Shown here one piece after another: positions 1 to 13,291 of a stretch of 64,000 bases of DNA (the stretch's first letter is position 1; each line of letters opens with the position of its first letter). The translations under genes were made by a program, and so were the position numbers. The notes beneath the pieces are model-generated. The model had not been told where the DNA came from. It saw nothing but the letters and a program-made list of their open reading frames with translations, and did not search any database. This DNA comes from Chrysomallon squamiferum (Eukaryota; Animalia; Mollusca), in contig CM022672.1 of NCBI GenBank assembly GCA_012295275.1, positions 28,458,001-28,522,000 on the forward strand, written 5' to 3'.

Positions 1-3000
1 CCAGGAATCAAAAATGTCTTTCCTGCTATAGCATCTTTCACTCTCTGAATGTATTTACTTAGAAATACTAAATGTGAACAAGCATTCAGAAGAATAGTGG
101 CTCCATCCAGTTGTAACAGTATCTGAGTGTTTTTTCTGGCAAATATAGCAGTCATTTCCTCAATAGGATCATTATGCACAACTGGTGTGACACCATCACT
201 TCCAACAACATCAACAGGACCCTCTGACTTTGAAGTGCTAGTAGAGGAAACTTCATCGAAAACTGAGGTTAACTGATCAAACAGGTTACTTCCTGTGTCT
301 AACCGTGGTCGTTTTATTTCTTTACTTTTTGTTTCCTCTCCATCTGCAATGTAATACAAATGCTGTCACATTGACACGTTTTAAGCCAATCATTGTCACT
401 TATTCAACACTGTCTAAACTGACAGTTTTTTGATACATGCCCTCCTTTTCACAGAAATGGCCAAAATTTAAAAAAATTGTTGTATCATCATGCACATGAA
501 AATAGATTTTTTCATTCGAATGTAGTTTGTCAACAAAGATTCAAAATGGAGTAACTTTTTCAATAAATTTTGCATCACTGAATGTAAACAAATGAAATAA
601 ACTGACATGGGTATTGCAGAAAGGAATTTTTTTTGTGTATAACAAATTCATACCTTCAACAACATTTGATGGTCGCTCTGCAGATTTCAGCATAGATGCA
701 AATGTAACAACATCAGCTTTAGGTAAACAGCCATTACCTTTGCAAAGACCTTTAATCAAAATCATCAGATATTTCTGAAAGAAAATTTTCTTAACAGTTA
801 CAAAACATAACCAAATATACCAAATTCTAATTTAAATAATTATATTTCTTTTTCAATTAACTAGAAAATTATTTATTAGTATCCAGTAAGAAAAATATAA
901 ATACTGTGCATACTAATTTTTAAAACAATTACATTCTTTCAAATTAAACAGATGAGATAGACATCATATTTAAGGGGACAGGTAACCTAATTTTTTTTTA
1001 AGTTCTTTTCAGATTTGGCTGAAATTTTAATGCAATGTTAGTTATACATTAGTAAAGATACAAAGATTTAAAAAATACATTGAACTTGCATGGAGTTCAG
1101 GTTTGGTCGATTTCATTGGTTTCAGTTAAAAATCTGGATCTCAGCAACTGATAAATCAAATGCTTTCAAATTTTTCATGTAAATGTGCATGTTACAGCAG
1201 AGTTTTTGCTGTTTTTCTATTTAGATTTTTATTTTAATTTTTATGAAATTTTTTAACATGTAAATAACAAATGAATATTTTTGTAAATTATCATTTTTCT
1301 TTGCTCGTCTTTTTTATCAGTATTGATCTGTTATAAAATGGGGAATAGTGTTATGATGTATATCTGAAAATTTTAAGATTCTGTTGAAAATTCACTGAGA
1401 TATAACCAAAAGGCAAAATCAGTTCAGTAAAAAAAAATCTCAATTGAGTAACTTAATGTTAGATTCATCTCAGACCTTTCCTGAAAGTAACTACTTGTCT
1501 TAACTTAGTCTGATAGTTTATGTGTGTGTAAATTTCTGTGAAACAGTGTAGAAACAACTGAGTAAATTTCATAAACAATAGTCAAGAGAGGCAAAGAAAT
1601 GTGGGTTTGCAGTCATGTGATTCATTTTAGCCAGTCATTGTTGCTTATTCAACACTGTCTCAGCTGACATTGTTTCCAGATAATGTGGCCTCCCTTTTGT
1701 AGATGATAATTCATGGAAACAGCTGAATATTTAAAAACAATTGCTATACTATCACACAGTATGAAAGAAGACCTTTTCACAATTGCAGAAAATCAAGAAA
1801 GGTTCAAAATAGTAGAAAATATACATATTCAAACAGAAGTGAATCTTCTATAAATTGTGTTATTACTAAATTACTGAACATAAACAAAGGAAATAAAATG
1901 ACAGGGGTGTTGTGAACATGTATTTATTATGCATATAAGACATCAAGACCAACCAGTTTTCACAAGTAAGATAACATGTGAATAGGAGTTTGACAAAATC
2001 ATAAAATCTTTAAATTTATTTATTTTTAGCAATATTACACACTGTGTCCCCCTAAATTTCAAGAAATGTATTAATTTATGAATTTACTAAGGAAAAAAAA
2101 GAAACATTTTGTTAATATTTATTTTAACAGTAATGTGTTATTTCTGATGAAGCATAAAAAAATGGTTTAATTATGATTATCAATAAAACTGATTTTGATG
2201 GATACCTGTGAAATAGTACAGCTCTCACTGTGTGTCTGTAGTCGTTGAAGAAGGAAACGTAGTAGTACTTGACATGCTGATGTGGTCTGTGACAAATCTG
2301 ACTTTGACACTAAATTAAAAGTGACAATAAATTGATATTAAACTAAATTTTCTATTAAACTGGAGAAAATGTTTTAAAAAAATAATGAAAATGAAGACAG
2401 AAAAAAATGTGTATGGATCACTGTAGGTCAGATATTGATGCAATTATGAAAAAAATAAAATAAAAAAAATTAAAAACCACTGCAATAATTCAATTATTGT
2501 GACTCAAAATACAAATCACTGTTATTATAAAGAAAAATTATTTTTGGTCTAACTTAAATATAAATATTTAGACAAATATATGCATTTTGTTACTCACAGT
2601 TTGATGAACTGGCACTAAGGAAATGTGTTGCCAGAGCAACAAATGAGGAGTAAAATGGTTCATATTCTTCATCATGTTCAAAGATATGGTTCTCACTGAA
2701 GAAATAAATAAGAATATTAAATGACACATGAATTTTAACAATTTGTAATCAAACCAGAAAACCAGCTTTAGAAATATGTTTTGTTCTTCGTTTTTCACCA
2801 TTTATTTTATTTATTTTTTAAGTATATAAATATCAACTTAACAACAGTATGAAGACAGTAAATTGTATTTTAAAAGAATGCTGTTTCAACATGAAATACA
2901 TGAATAAATTTTTTTTTTTGGAATCATACAATGTTAACACAATTTACTGTAAAATACAAAAATAAATTGAATTAATCAATCAAACCACAAACTGTAAACT

Positions 3001-4327
3001 AGTTGTTTTATTTATGTTTTCAATTATGCCAGTTAATACTTTGTTCAGTGATTCTGATAACTTTATTATGTCTCATGTGAAGACTACAAATCACATCTGT
3101 TGGCAGCTCTTTTAGTTAATGGTTACATTCTCACCATTACAGTACAGCACAGATTATATTTTTTATAAATTTTATTTATTTCAACACAATATAAATACTG
3201 ACAAAATCAGACAGTTTTCTACCAATTGTATAAGCTGAGACATGAAAAATGAACTGACTAAATTGTATGGACTCAGCAGAGAAAAAAACATGATTGTTAT
3301 CAATATTTTGGCTGTAACCAGCTAGTAATACTGACTCAGACAAGTTCAACAAAATAGGGTCCAACTATATATTAAGCCTTCATCAAGAAAATTAAAAATC
3401 TAATTCATCTAGTCCAAAGCTTTTCAAATAAATGGTCTGGAACCTACATTTAAAAAAAAAAAAATTGATAATCAAAGCAGCTAAATTTTATGTGTTTAAT
3501 GAAACAAAGAATAATAAAATAATATTATCTTAAAATTAATGTTATAATTTTTAAAACACAGCAACAAATAAGAAGTAAAACATACATTATATTTAAAATC
3601 TAGCTATACTTTATACAACAAAAAAGTAAATTGATTTAAGACTATAGTATTCTTTATCTTATTCTAGTTTTATAATTTTACAAAGTTTAAGACATTATCT
3701 AAGGTTGTATGTAAATGAACTATATTTGCAATAGGCTTCATTTTCCATTGTTTTCATTGTACTATATAGACTATATCAAAAAATATTAACTGGAAACATG
3801 TTTAGGATCATAAAACAAAATCCAATAAAAAGTCAAATTATATTATCATCATATTTATGTGCCATGTTGATTTTGATTTAGTTTCCAATTAAAAATAGGT
3901 AAATTTTAATTACAGTTGATGTAATGCTTCATACATAAATTAGTATTGTTTATTTTTTATGTCATATTTTCATTCATGATTATATTAATCCAGGTAAGAT
4001 CATAAAAAAATGACATTAAAGCATGGAAATAACTTTAAAACTGATACAAAACAATTTAACATATTATTAGTCCCATTATTTAGGAAGTTATGAATATATA
4101 TTTTTTTTGTATTAACTGATTTAAATATGCCAAAACTTCCCTTATTATCAACTTCAGAATAGATATATCATAACATATAAACTAATAAAGGGATTTGTAT
4201 CTTATTCACAATAACTAAAGTGCTTTAGGAATGATGAATGCCAAGCCTTATATTATTTGGAAATGATGAAGCTCGATAAAAAGCTTTCCTTTTAAAAACA
4301 GTTTAATTTAAAATACTCATGTGAATA

Positions 4328-4369
<42 letters not shown>

Positions 4370-4947
4370 CTATTGTTATTATTATTTATTTTGATTTCAA
4401 AAATATGACAAGTAATAATAATAATAATAATGATAATGATATTAATAATAATAAACTATTATTCACAAAGTAATTATTAAGGTTTCTAAATACGGTTATG
4501 ATGTATTCGTTAGAATATCATTATTATTGATTATTCAATCGTCATACATTCGTAACATTGACTCAATGACTCAATGTCAATTAACTTCTTGATTACTTAG
4601 AAGCTGTAAGAAATACGCATGTACATTTACACAACCGCTGGCAATTCATGTCGGATTTTAACACAAGATACATGTTATTTTGTGCATGTAACATGATAAC
4701 CATGAATAATAAATCATTAGTTAATTTATAATTACTGATTAGTCATTGCGCGATGGCGTCGAAACTGAAACTGAAAGAAATATAAATGCATTTTAAGACA
4801 TTATACAAATAATATAGATTTATTAGATTACCTTTTCAAAATGCCTGCTGTTAAATTGGGCAAGTCATTTTTATTAAAAGAAGAATAAGACGCAGATAAT
4901 AACGACTTAATTGCAGCAGACAAACCAGGGGTTGGTCCCGACGCCAT
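1..4947 (-). CDS. UBR4: E3 ubiquitin ligase UBR4 (p600), N-terminal 5 exons; gene continues beyond the window start
   Basis: Exons 4947-4832, 2695-2598, 2309-2206, 774-654 and 343-<1 are all GT-AG and phase-consistent. They translate MASGPTPGLSAAIKSLLSASYSSFNKNDLPNLTAGILKSENHIFEHDEEYEPFYSSFVALATHFLS...ACQVLLRFLLQRL...SQKYLMILIKGLCKG. This matches the recalled UBR4 N-terminus (LLSASYSAF, YEPFYSSFVALSTH, SQKHLILLIKGLC). Confidence 0.93.
384..530. repeat. About 150-bp dispersed repeat; second diverged copy at about 1629-1790
   Basis: agccaatcattgtcacttattcaacactgtctaaactgaca (384) aligns with agccagtcattgttgcttattcaacactgtctcagctgaca (1629), and similarity continues downstream. Confidence 0.7.
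974..2051. mobile_element. Non-autonomous DNA transposon, Kolobok-like (copy 1)
   Basis: Starts TTAA|GGGGACA and ends TGTCCCC|CTAA (short TIR, TTAA-like flanks). Its left part (cagatttggctgaaa...) is homologous to the copy at 61547-62914. Confidence 0.6.
4328..4368. repeat. (AAT)n microsatellite
   Basis: Direct reading of tandem aat units. Confidence 0.95.
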
Positions 4948-5455
4948 TTTGTCTGCTCTGTTAGATTTGTTCCTACCATGGTTCTAAAGCATTCCATTTA
5001 TTTTTGAACGGTAACTTAAATTCACTTGACTTAATTGCACTCATTAGTTACTCTTTAGTTTCAAAAGAATGGAAAGAAGTTTGTTATTTATTTCATCGTT
5101 AACGAACTGTTATGTGGAAGCTGAATCTATCTGCTCCTCCATGATAATGATCATAAAAATAGATAAAAAAAAAAAGACATAAATTAGAACAAAAAGGGGG
5201 GAAAAATCATTTCGCAAATTTGTATTGCTTTATTTCTAAGGTATCTAATATCAACATACATGTTTGTTATCATTTAAGTCATTAAAATATAAAGATTAAA
5301 CATGTATTTAAATGTACTCAACCGTTGTTAATTTTTGTCGGAAAACACAAAATCTTAATTACCAATACCCTCAAAACTAGTGATTTGTCCTTATTTCGTA
5401 AGCCTGTTAAGAATTTGTAAATTATTATTATTTTTAATGTAAACTTCGAGATTTA

Positions 5456-5475
5456 GAGAGATTTAGAGAGAGATT

Positions 5476-5537
<62 letters not shown>
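5456..5537. repeat. (AG)n microsatellite
   Basis: Direct reading; the run is pure from about 5477. Confidence 0.95.
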
Positions 5538-5539
<2 letters not shown>

Positions 5540-5579
5540 CAAGGACTGCAGGAGTCACATCGACTTTAGTGTCAGTGAG

Positions 5580-6270
5580 CAGCTTCATAATAACTAGTCG
5601 GTTTAGTTATTCAGATGTATGAGTCCATTGATGTTTCTCTCGCATTTGGTACTGGATGTGTGCATTGACACCGTTTGTTTTCTCTTTTATGATCTCCATT
5701 TAACATATCAAATACGAAATTCTGCTTGGAGTTCATTCGACTCAGTTAAGTCGGTCTTCCACAGACGTCATTGGTGCCTGGTGCTGTACGAGTGAGTGTT
5801 CGTCTGTTCACAATTTTTGGCATTGCTATCTCATCCCCGATGCATGTTGCCATATCTGCTGCATCAGTAAACCAAGTTGTGAAGGTAGCATCCAATTCAG
5901 CTCGTACATCATTCAGAGTATTGGCTGGACCTTCGATCCGACCGTACGCATCGTACCTCAGAAAGTTCTTAGTGATGACAAACTAAACGAAGAAATGTCT
6001 TAAATGCGGTATCTTTTTCTGTCCAGCAAGTTAGGTACAAGTCAACATGTTTTGGGATGCCTATAATGTCGCAACTATCAATCATTTGTTCCTGTAGTCT
6101 CTGCCTCTTTGGGAAGATTGAAAAAAGAGAGTTCTTTCAGTGACCTAAACTTCTTGCAGATGCTGCGAATGATGCAACTTTTGACAATGCACAAGCTCAA
6201 ACAGTGAGTTGCACAGTGGAAGTATCCGGCTTTTTTATTCAGTTCCAAGATACTACTTGTACATCTTTAA
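5580..6270 (-). mobile_element. Decayed hAT-superfamily transposase fragment (ZMYM1/THAP12-like group)
   Basis: Minus-strand fragments KAGYFHCATHCLSLCIVKSC (CxxH motif), VDLYLTCWTEKDTAFKTF (degenerate LCxTRW) and DVRAELDATFTTWFTDAADMATCIGDEIAMPKIVNR. The frame is interrupted, and the boundaries are approximate. Confidence 0.75.
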
Positions 6271-6779
6271 ATTTCCCAGACATTTTTGATCCCCATCATA
6301 ATATCACCAACTTCCAAAACCCAGTGTAAATACAGGAGGGTATTTTATTTTATTTTTATTTTTATTTTATATTTTATTTTATTTTGTTTTTGTGCGGCTG
6401 GTAAAAAAGAACAACCCGCAATTCGTCTTTGGGGCGCCACTGAACTCAATTTCATTGCTTGCCATAGGCTCTATTTTCCTTAAATTCCTAACAACAATAT
6501 TATTTTACATTATTTGTATTCAACAATACAAAATTGTAATTATATTGTAACAGTTGGTATTGACAGTTAATATTTCTATGTGTAGATAGTTATATCAGCC
6601 GCCGATAATCTATTTTCTTCGCGATTCAGTTGGTATTGTCAGTCGGCTGGGAATATGAATCGGTGATATTCAGATAACGGGCAGAGGTTATACATTGTTA
6701 TATACCGCGAGTTAAAGATGTAAAGCAAGCTAAAGAATGAAACAGTGATTAATTATTAGTGAATAGCGTCAGTGTACCG

Positions 6780-6787
6780 TGACGTCA
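6780..6787. promoter_or_regulatory. Perfect CRE palindrome TGACGTCA about 75 bp upstream of the 6862 ATG
   Basis: Exact 8-mer read in the sequence; its function is inferred. Confidence 0.5.
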
Positions 6788-6861
6788 TTGCTGGCACCGG
6801 CTCATCTACAGTATTTTAAATTTGGGAAAGTGTCAAGAATACTAATTATAATTACTGTGGA

Positions 6862-7242
6862 ATGTATGCGACAGTAATTGAGCTTCGCTTTCCTAAAACA
6901 TTTAATGAGAACAAAGTATTAATTCTTACAGCACCGCCAGTTTATAGACCTAGTCACTGTTACGAAAGATTACCATTTAATGAAAGTGTATTGAGAGTTA
7001 GGAAACTTTCTCATAAGGAAATCAATAAGGTTATTTATCGTCTTGGAAAGCCAACTTTGTCCAGTCTTATGAAGGAATCTATTTGGTATGGTAGCAGCAG
7101 CCAAGTAAATATGAATCACTACCAGTGGTGGAACATGCAGAAATTCGATGATCATGAAAGTGTTATTTATAACTCGAAAGGAGCCACCAACGATTGTTTC
7201 AAGAAATGCACTAAAACTCGCAAAAACTGTCGAAAGAAATAA
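6862..7242 (+). CDS. Intronless 126-aa basic uncharacterised protein (paralog A; RLxxPTLSS-WY-MN-Y-W domain)
   Basis: ATG-to-TAA ORF in an AT-rich background. Residues 48-103 align without gaps to the C-terminus of the 9221-9781 ORF (19/56 identical). Confidence 0.75.
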   Translation: MYATVIELRFPKTFNENKVLILTAPPVYRPSHCYERLPFNESVLRVRKLSHKEINKVIYRLGKPTLSSLMKESIWYGSSSQVNMNHYQWWNMQKFDDHESVIYNSKGATNDCFKKCTKTRKNCRKK

Positions 7243-9220
7243 ATGGTCAGGACTGCAAATATGAAAGAAACAGAATATGGAAAAATCATGTAAAGAATCA
7301 GGTTTCGGCATATATTTATGAAATAATGAACTTTTTAACGTAAGGAATAATGTTATAAGAAATTTTAGTTTAAAATGAACTTATTTTGTGCTTTTGAAGA
7401 ACTTTTCAGTCATATCACATAATTAAAAGACAGTATTTGAACTTAAAAAAGAGAAAACAAAATCTATTATAAACTTACTGTACCATGTTCTTGTATTCGG
7501 ATTATAATCTCAAACAGAAAAATGTCCTTTATTTTAATCAATTAATCCTATTATGAGGATACAGTAAAAAAAAAAAAAAAAATAGAAGAAAAATAGAAGT
7601 CAATTTCATTCCTAATGGAAGAATTTTACGTGTTTAAAATCTCTCATTTTTCTGAAAATATACCATATCCAAATAAAAAGGATTCTATTTTAAATTATTT
7701 GAATTTTATTTTTATTATTTGTTTGTTTGTTTGTCGTTTGTATTTTTAATTTTTTTAATTTTTAATTTTGTTGTTGTTGTTTTTAGTTATAATTCGTTAA
7801 TATTATTTCTCTTTTATTTTTTTTTTATTCAAGTTTATTTTATTCTGATTCTATATGAGTGTCTGAAGACCTACCCCTTGATTTTGAAAGGATTAAAAAA
7901 GCGTAGATACTGAATTGACCAGATAAACATTTACTTTATTTGCTCTTTCCGAAGTTTTAGAATGAGTTACAAAATAATTTTCTATACGGCATACACTGTT
8001 GCTTTCTCATTTCTCTTGATCTAAATATAACACTGCAACGAATCCAAATCAAATATTTATTCTTATTCTTTAACTCTTGCTCTCGTTGTCTTTGTCGCTC
8101 CTGTTGTTTTTGTTGTAAAAAAAAAAAAAAATGTATATATTTGGTAATACGCGGACTGGTGCTCTAAATATATTCGTAAAACAGAGAACAACTAAACTTT
8201 CAGAAAACCTGGAGAACGGAGCTTATTTATTTAATTATATACGTAATTTACGTTACTGTTACTATAGCAATAGCAACGAATGTAGAATACAGCTGAAACT
8301 TGGAAGCATAAAACATATAATTTAAGCTTACAAACCATACCAAGCAGGCTCACACCTTCCTTAATTCAATCATAATCCTATTTCATCTTTTTTATTTTTA
8401 TAAATCCTGTTTTCTTATTTATGCATTACAGTCTAGTCAGTTTCAACAAGGACAGATATAAATATATTAAACTTGTATCTTGTTTAACAATATCCATTAC
8501 AGCACACTCACTGATCACTGATTTCTTTATGTAAAATGGCTAACAAATAACATTTCAGTTATTGTGTCATTAAAAAGAAAGAAAGACATGTATATCATTT
8601 CGTGAGAACCGAGGGACCCATATCACTGTGTCTGTGAACGTTAGCAGGTTTTTAATGCGAAAAATGAAGCAATGATGCAATACCCATACAAAATAAACAA
8701 AACAATAAAACCTTCCAAAATAAAAACATATGAATCCATGTATGATTAATTTCTTTACAAATTAAATGAAAAAAAAAAAACTAACTATACACACACACAC
8801 ACATACACACATACATCTATAGTACTAATTTAAGGAATACAATAAAAATACCAAAATGTATGTTAACTATAATTTATTATTTTAAAAAAGTAAAAGTAAT
8901 ATTAATAATTATAACAAAAGATCTTTAAAAAAGGAAGAAAAAAGTGTTACATATAAAAATCTAACGTTCATCATTGAATATACACTTGTAGCAAAATAAT
9001 AATACTGTGTAATGACAATAATATTGTCATCGTGTGAAGAAATAATATTATAAATACTTTACTGATATTGTTATGGCGAATTGAGTACTTTACTGAATAT
9101 TTCGACTCCTCATTCTTTAGAACTTTAAAAAACACGTAATTGTTTATAAAATAAACAAAAAGCAAAATGTAAGTATTCATAATTGCATACAATACGAAAT
9201 GTCCTGAACACCTTCTAATG

Positions 9221-9781
9221 TCACTTTTTGTAAGTGGTTTTAATTGTTCCTGTGTCTGTCCACATCTGTTTCTGATAATCAACATACAGAGACAAATTCT
9301 TCCATGAATAACTGTTCATATCTACATATTGTTCATTTTTATACCAGTTTGATCGTTTTGAACCGCTAGAGAGTGTTGGTCGGGCTACTCTCTCTAAAAT
9401 ACTCTTCAGTCTGCTCGTAGGAAGTTTGTTTTGTGAGCTAGCAAAAATCGCTAAACGATTGATGGTATGTGAAGACGCCTGTCCGCGCTGAAGAGAATGA
9501 ACTGGATGTGAAGCAGAAATTCTCTGAGGAGTTTTGATTTTAGAAATCTGGACGTCTTTCTGATTTAACGTTTCATCTGTAAACGATTTTTCCATTTCAG
9601 AATCTTTCACAGAATTTGCCTTTGGAAGTTCTGATTCTTCAACTTGTAAAGTCTCTTCTAAAGGCGCTTCAACCTCTTCAGCGACAGCTTGTGGAATATC
9701 TGTCAGTCCTGTTTCAAAGTCAGGTCCATCTTCTTGAATGTCTGATTTCACCGTATCACTTCTCGATTCCACACGATCCAT
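9221..9781 (-). CDS. Intronless 186-aa uncharacterised protein (paralog B; acidic disordered N-half plus the shared C-terminal domain)
   Basis: Long ATG-initiated ORF. It shares KL..........R+.+PTLSS..K.S.WY.....V.MN.Y.W.N.....D with the 6862 ORF. Confidence 0.8.
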   Translation of the reverse strand: MDRVESRSDTVKSDIQEDGPDFETGLTDIPQAVAEEVEAPLEETLQVEESELPKANSVKDSEMEKSFTDETLNQKDVQISKIKTPQRISASHPVHSLQRGQASSHTINRLAIFASSQNKLPTSRLKSILERVARPTLSSGSKRSNWYKNEQYVDMNSYSWKNLSLYVDYQKQMWTDTGTIKTTYKK

Positions 9782-10433
9782 AACTAAATTAAATATAGTC
9801 CTAAACTTTATGAATGTCTAAGAAATATTTAACTAACTGTAGAACTACAGTCCGTCACAAATGCACATAGTTTATAACTGGATAACTCAATATAAATAAA
9901 TGGTTGAGTTTGAATTAAAACACAGTTGTCAAACCCAGGCTAAAAACAGCGCTGAGCCGTGACACTTAATGATAATCTCTATGTACAGAGTTATTAATCT
10001 GCTTACAGCAGCGAATAATACGCTTATTGTGAATGAACCTGATTAAATACGATAATATTCATTGTACTTAAATCCATGCCCTTGACGGCGGTCCTGAAGG
10101 CGTGTAGCTAAACAGGAATTGCAGTAAGTAAAAAATAAAGTTTAAAAAAAATGAAATAATAATATTAATGGAAATATTATATCCAAAATATTGTAATAAC
10201 AACAACAACAATAACAATAAAAAAATATATAATTAAATGGTTATAATACATTATAATTATTAGTGTCAGTGCTTAAATAAGACTCCCTAAGGCTCTTTAA
10301 AGTTTATTTAAAGTTAATGTGACCTGATCTACTTATTCGAATGGCGTTAAAATATTATATTTATAATCTTCAACATCCTTTAATGTCTTAAGTTTACACA
10401 ATAAGAACAAAAATAAAAATAAAAACAAACAAA

Positions 10434-10464
<31 letters not shown>

Positions 10465-10661
10465 TTAATTAATTAATTAATATTGAATTTTTATCTAAAC
10501 CAAGATTTGAAATTAAATCATATATATATATATGGATTAACAGCACAGGTTCATTTACAGCTCCATTCCGTGTCAGGAAATATCTAAGCGACGATCTTTG
10601 ATAAATTAGCCTATTTGTTGGGCACTGAATGGAACGGAGAAAGATGATATTACTATATTAA

Positions 10662-10693
<32 letters not shown>

Positions 10694-12033
10694 GATGCAT
10701 GGTATGATCTGTGAACTCAGCAAAGTTGATTCACTGTACTATAATTAATTGTGAAAGGTTATTATTGCCAGTTAAAATTAAGGTGATCTCGTTCTACTGT
10801 AAGTTACACTCTTCGTAAAGACACTGAATGAATGGAAGTGATTGTAAGCGCTTTAGATTATTTAAATATTGTTACAGTCAAGGCAAGCCTACCGTTTAGC
10901 GGTTACAGTGCTCAAATAATACAGTCAATTAGTTGGGCTTTTAACATTATTATCATCATCATTATTATTATTCTTGTATTCAGCTTCATTTACTATTGTT
11001 GTTGTATGTGCTGATGACAGTGGCGGTCTTATTAAAATGTGGTGGAAGTCCTGCTGTTCTTAATGCTGCTTTTGTATCTGATTATTAACTGATGTCTGGG
11101 AAAATTAGCTAAATATATTCACGTATTCTAAAATACGTATCAACTTACAGATAGAATTATTCATAGCAGAAACAGGTACATTTAAACATCGTGTGTAATA
11201 TATATCTAGGAAACGAAAGAATTTATTCATTATGTTTGATGTGATAATATCGTTGTTGTCATAAAACGGCGTCGTTTTCATCATCGGGGAGAAAAAATAT
11301 AGAAAGATGAATAACAAAAATAATTAAATGTTATTGCAATGCTTAGGTTTCTAAGAAGATAAATGTAATTAATGACGTAAATATACATGCAGTGTATGCA
11401 TTATTAAAAATCAGCAAACAATTCGTTTAATTTTAATTTTTTAATTTTTAATTTTTTTTTACTCTTTTTTACAAGTCATAAACATAATTTATTTTCACAA
11501 GAGCTCATCCAAGTTCCGCTGTGGTTTATATAACTTCCCAATATTTTACCCCACATCAGTCATGCCTCAATCCTATACAGTGTTCAGTGCGTGGCAAAAA
11601 AAAACCATTTTATTACGAGTAACAGAACATTTTATTGCAATTTTACCACCAATAAACAAAGCAGAAATAGCAGGTGACAATCAAACATAGCTATAAGATT
11701 GTAAATTTGAAAAGAAAATTACGTAATAATTTATAAATACAGTTTGATTTATTTTTGCATTGTCTTAGTACAGCATTATGCAGAATATTTGTCTCCAACC
11801 CCATCCAGGCCGTGACAGCCACGTATAACCCTTGAATACATATATACCTGACTAGTGTGATAACAAGCAAGTTAAAATGTTCACACGCACCCTAAATGCC
11901 CTTCTACCAAATAAAAGATAACATTTTGTCTGAATTACTGCATCACTACAAACAAAGTTAACCGGAATGACATACAATATCAAATGGATTAATATTTTAC
12001 ACAGATTCTAACCCGTCTAGGAAGGTAAAAAGG

Positions 12034-12141
12034 TATAAAAATAATGAGCAGAGGAAATTGTTTATTCTCAAAGGAAGAATTTAATAAGTCACAGACTGTC
12101 GCTTGTAATGAAAAACTGAAAACATTACAAATTCAAGAAGC
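12034..12141 (+). promoter_or_regulatory. Candidate TATA box and non-coding first exon of the VWA/chitin-binding gene
   Basis: TATAAAA at 12034 and a strong donor GTAAGT at 12142. The first coding exon is preceded by an acceptor (tttacag ending 13261), which implies an upstream UTR exon. Confidence 0.4.
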
Positions 12142-13291
12142 GTAAGTTTTCCGAGATCCTGTTTAATTTTTATAACTGCATATTAGACACTGTCCAGAAG
12201 TAAGTTGGAATAATAAAATATAACAAAATTTAAAGATAAAAACATTTGAAAAGATAAAGTTATTTGTAAATTTATTTTTCATTATTTTTGAAACAAAATG
12301 ATTTAGTATGTTATTCAAGATTTTCTTTGAAATATATTTTTCATTTCTTTTATTTATTTATTTATTTTTATAAATTATTTGTTTTTAAATTTTATTATTA
12401 TTATTTATATAATGTTTTTGTTTGTTTATTTATTTATTTATATGAAAGTATGTTTCAGCTGAAAAAGTGATTTGATTACATAATTTAAAACAATTAAACG
12501 TAATTTCAGATGTTAATTTACTTTAACTGAAAATGTTACAAATTATTTTAAGTGATAACTTTATTAAGTTAATAATTTAATTATAAAAACTTTGAATTTG
12601 TATATAATTAAATAATTTTTTTTATTTTCATTTATAAAATTTTATTGTCATAAATGTCTATGTTGCTATCATCAAGTAATATGTAAACAATCCTTAATTT
12701 AAAGAGTTAACTGAATAACATAACTTGGTGAGAAAATAAGTCATGTCTTTGATTTATTCATTTCTCAATCTGCCTGACTGTCAGTCTATATTATTATGAT
12801 GATAATGATGATGATGATTATGATGTACTCAGAAGTTATGTTCTGTGTGGTAAAGAAAAGATTGACTTCTAACTATAACTGTAGAACTTTTTTTTCTCAT
12901 TACAATAGTTCCAAAGTTATGTTGTTGTTTTTTCTTGTGCCGTTTGCGCACAACTGCCTTTTTGAAGAAATCTCTATTTTTAAAGGATTAAAACCCTTCG
13001 CTTTTTTTTCGTAATATAGAATAACATTCGTGCAATAAACACTAAAATAAGATTCCGATTTTTTCCACTCATGCCGTTTTTATTCAGATAGAAAATGAAA
13101 CAATGAATAAATAAATCAAACTTTCAAGAGTCAGAAAAAATATGTCAAAACAGTATCGTGAACAAAAGTTCAAGATTTTTTAATATTATTATTACGTTTT
13201 TTAAAAATTTTGTTTATTTATTTATTATTTAAAAAAAATTTTTTGCCCATTATCTTTACAGAAAATAAAATAAATTATCTCCCGTGACACA

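Noticed and set aside
3176-3443. Exon-like segment with a strong acceptor in UBR4 intron 1 (possible poison exon; ORF 3176-3364)
   Set aside because: All three frames from the acceptor hit stops, there is no UBR4 similarity and no convincing donor, and exons 1 and 2 join correctly without it. It cannot be supported without RNA data.
5771-5986. Plus-strand 71-aa ORF
   Set aside because: It is the antisense shadow of the minus-strand hAT transposase remnant.
6970-7311. Minus-strand 113-aa ORF overlapping paralog A
   Set aside because: It is an antisense shadow; the paralog conservation lies in the plus-strand frame.
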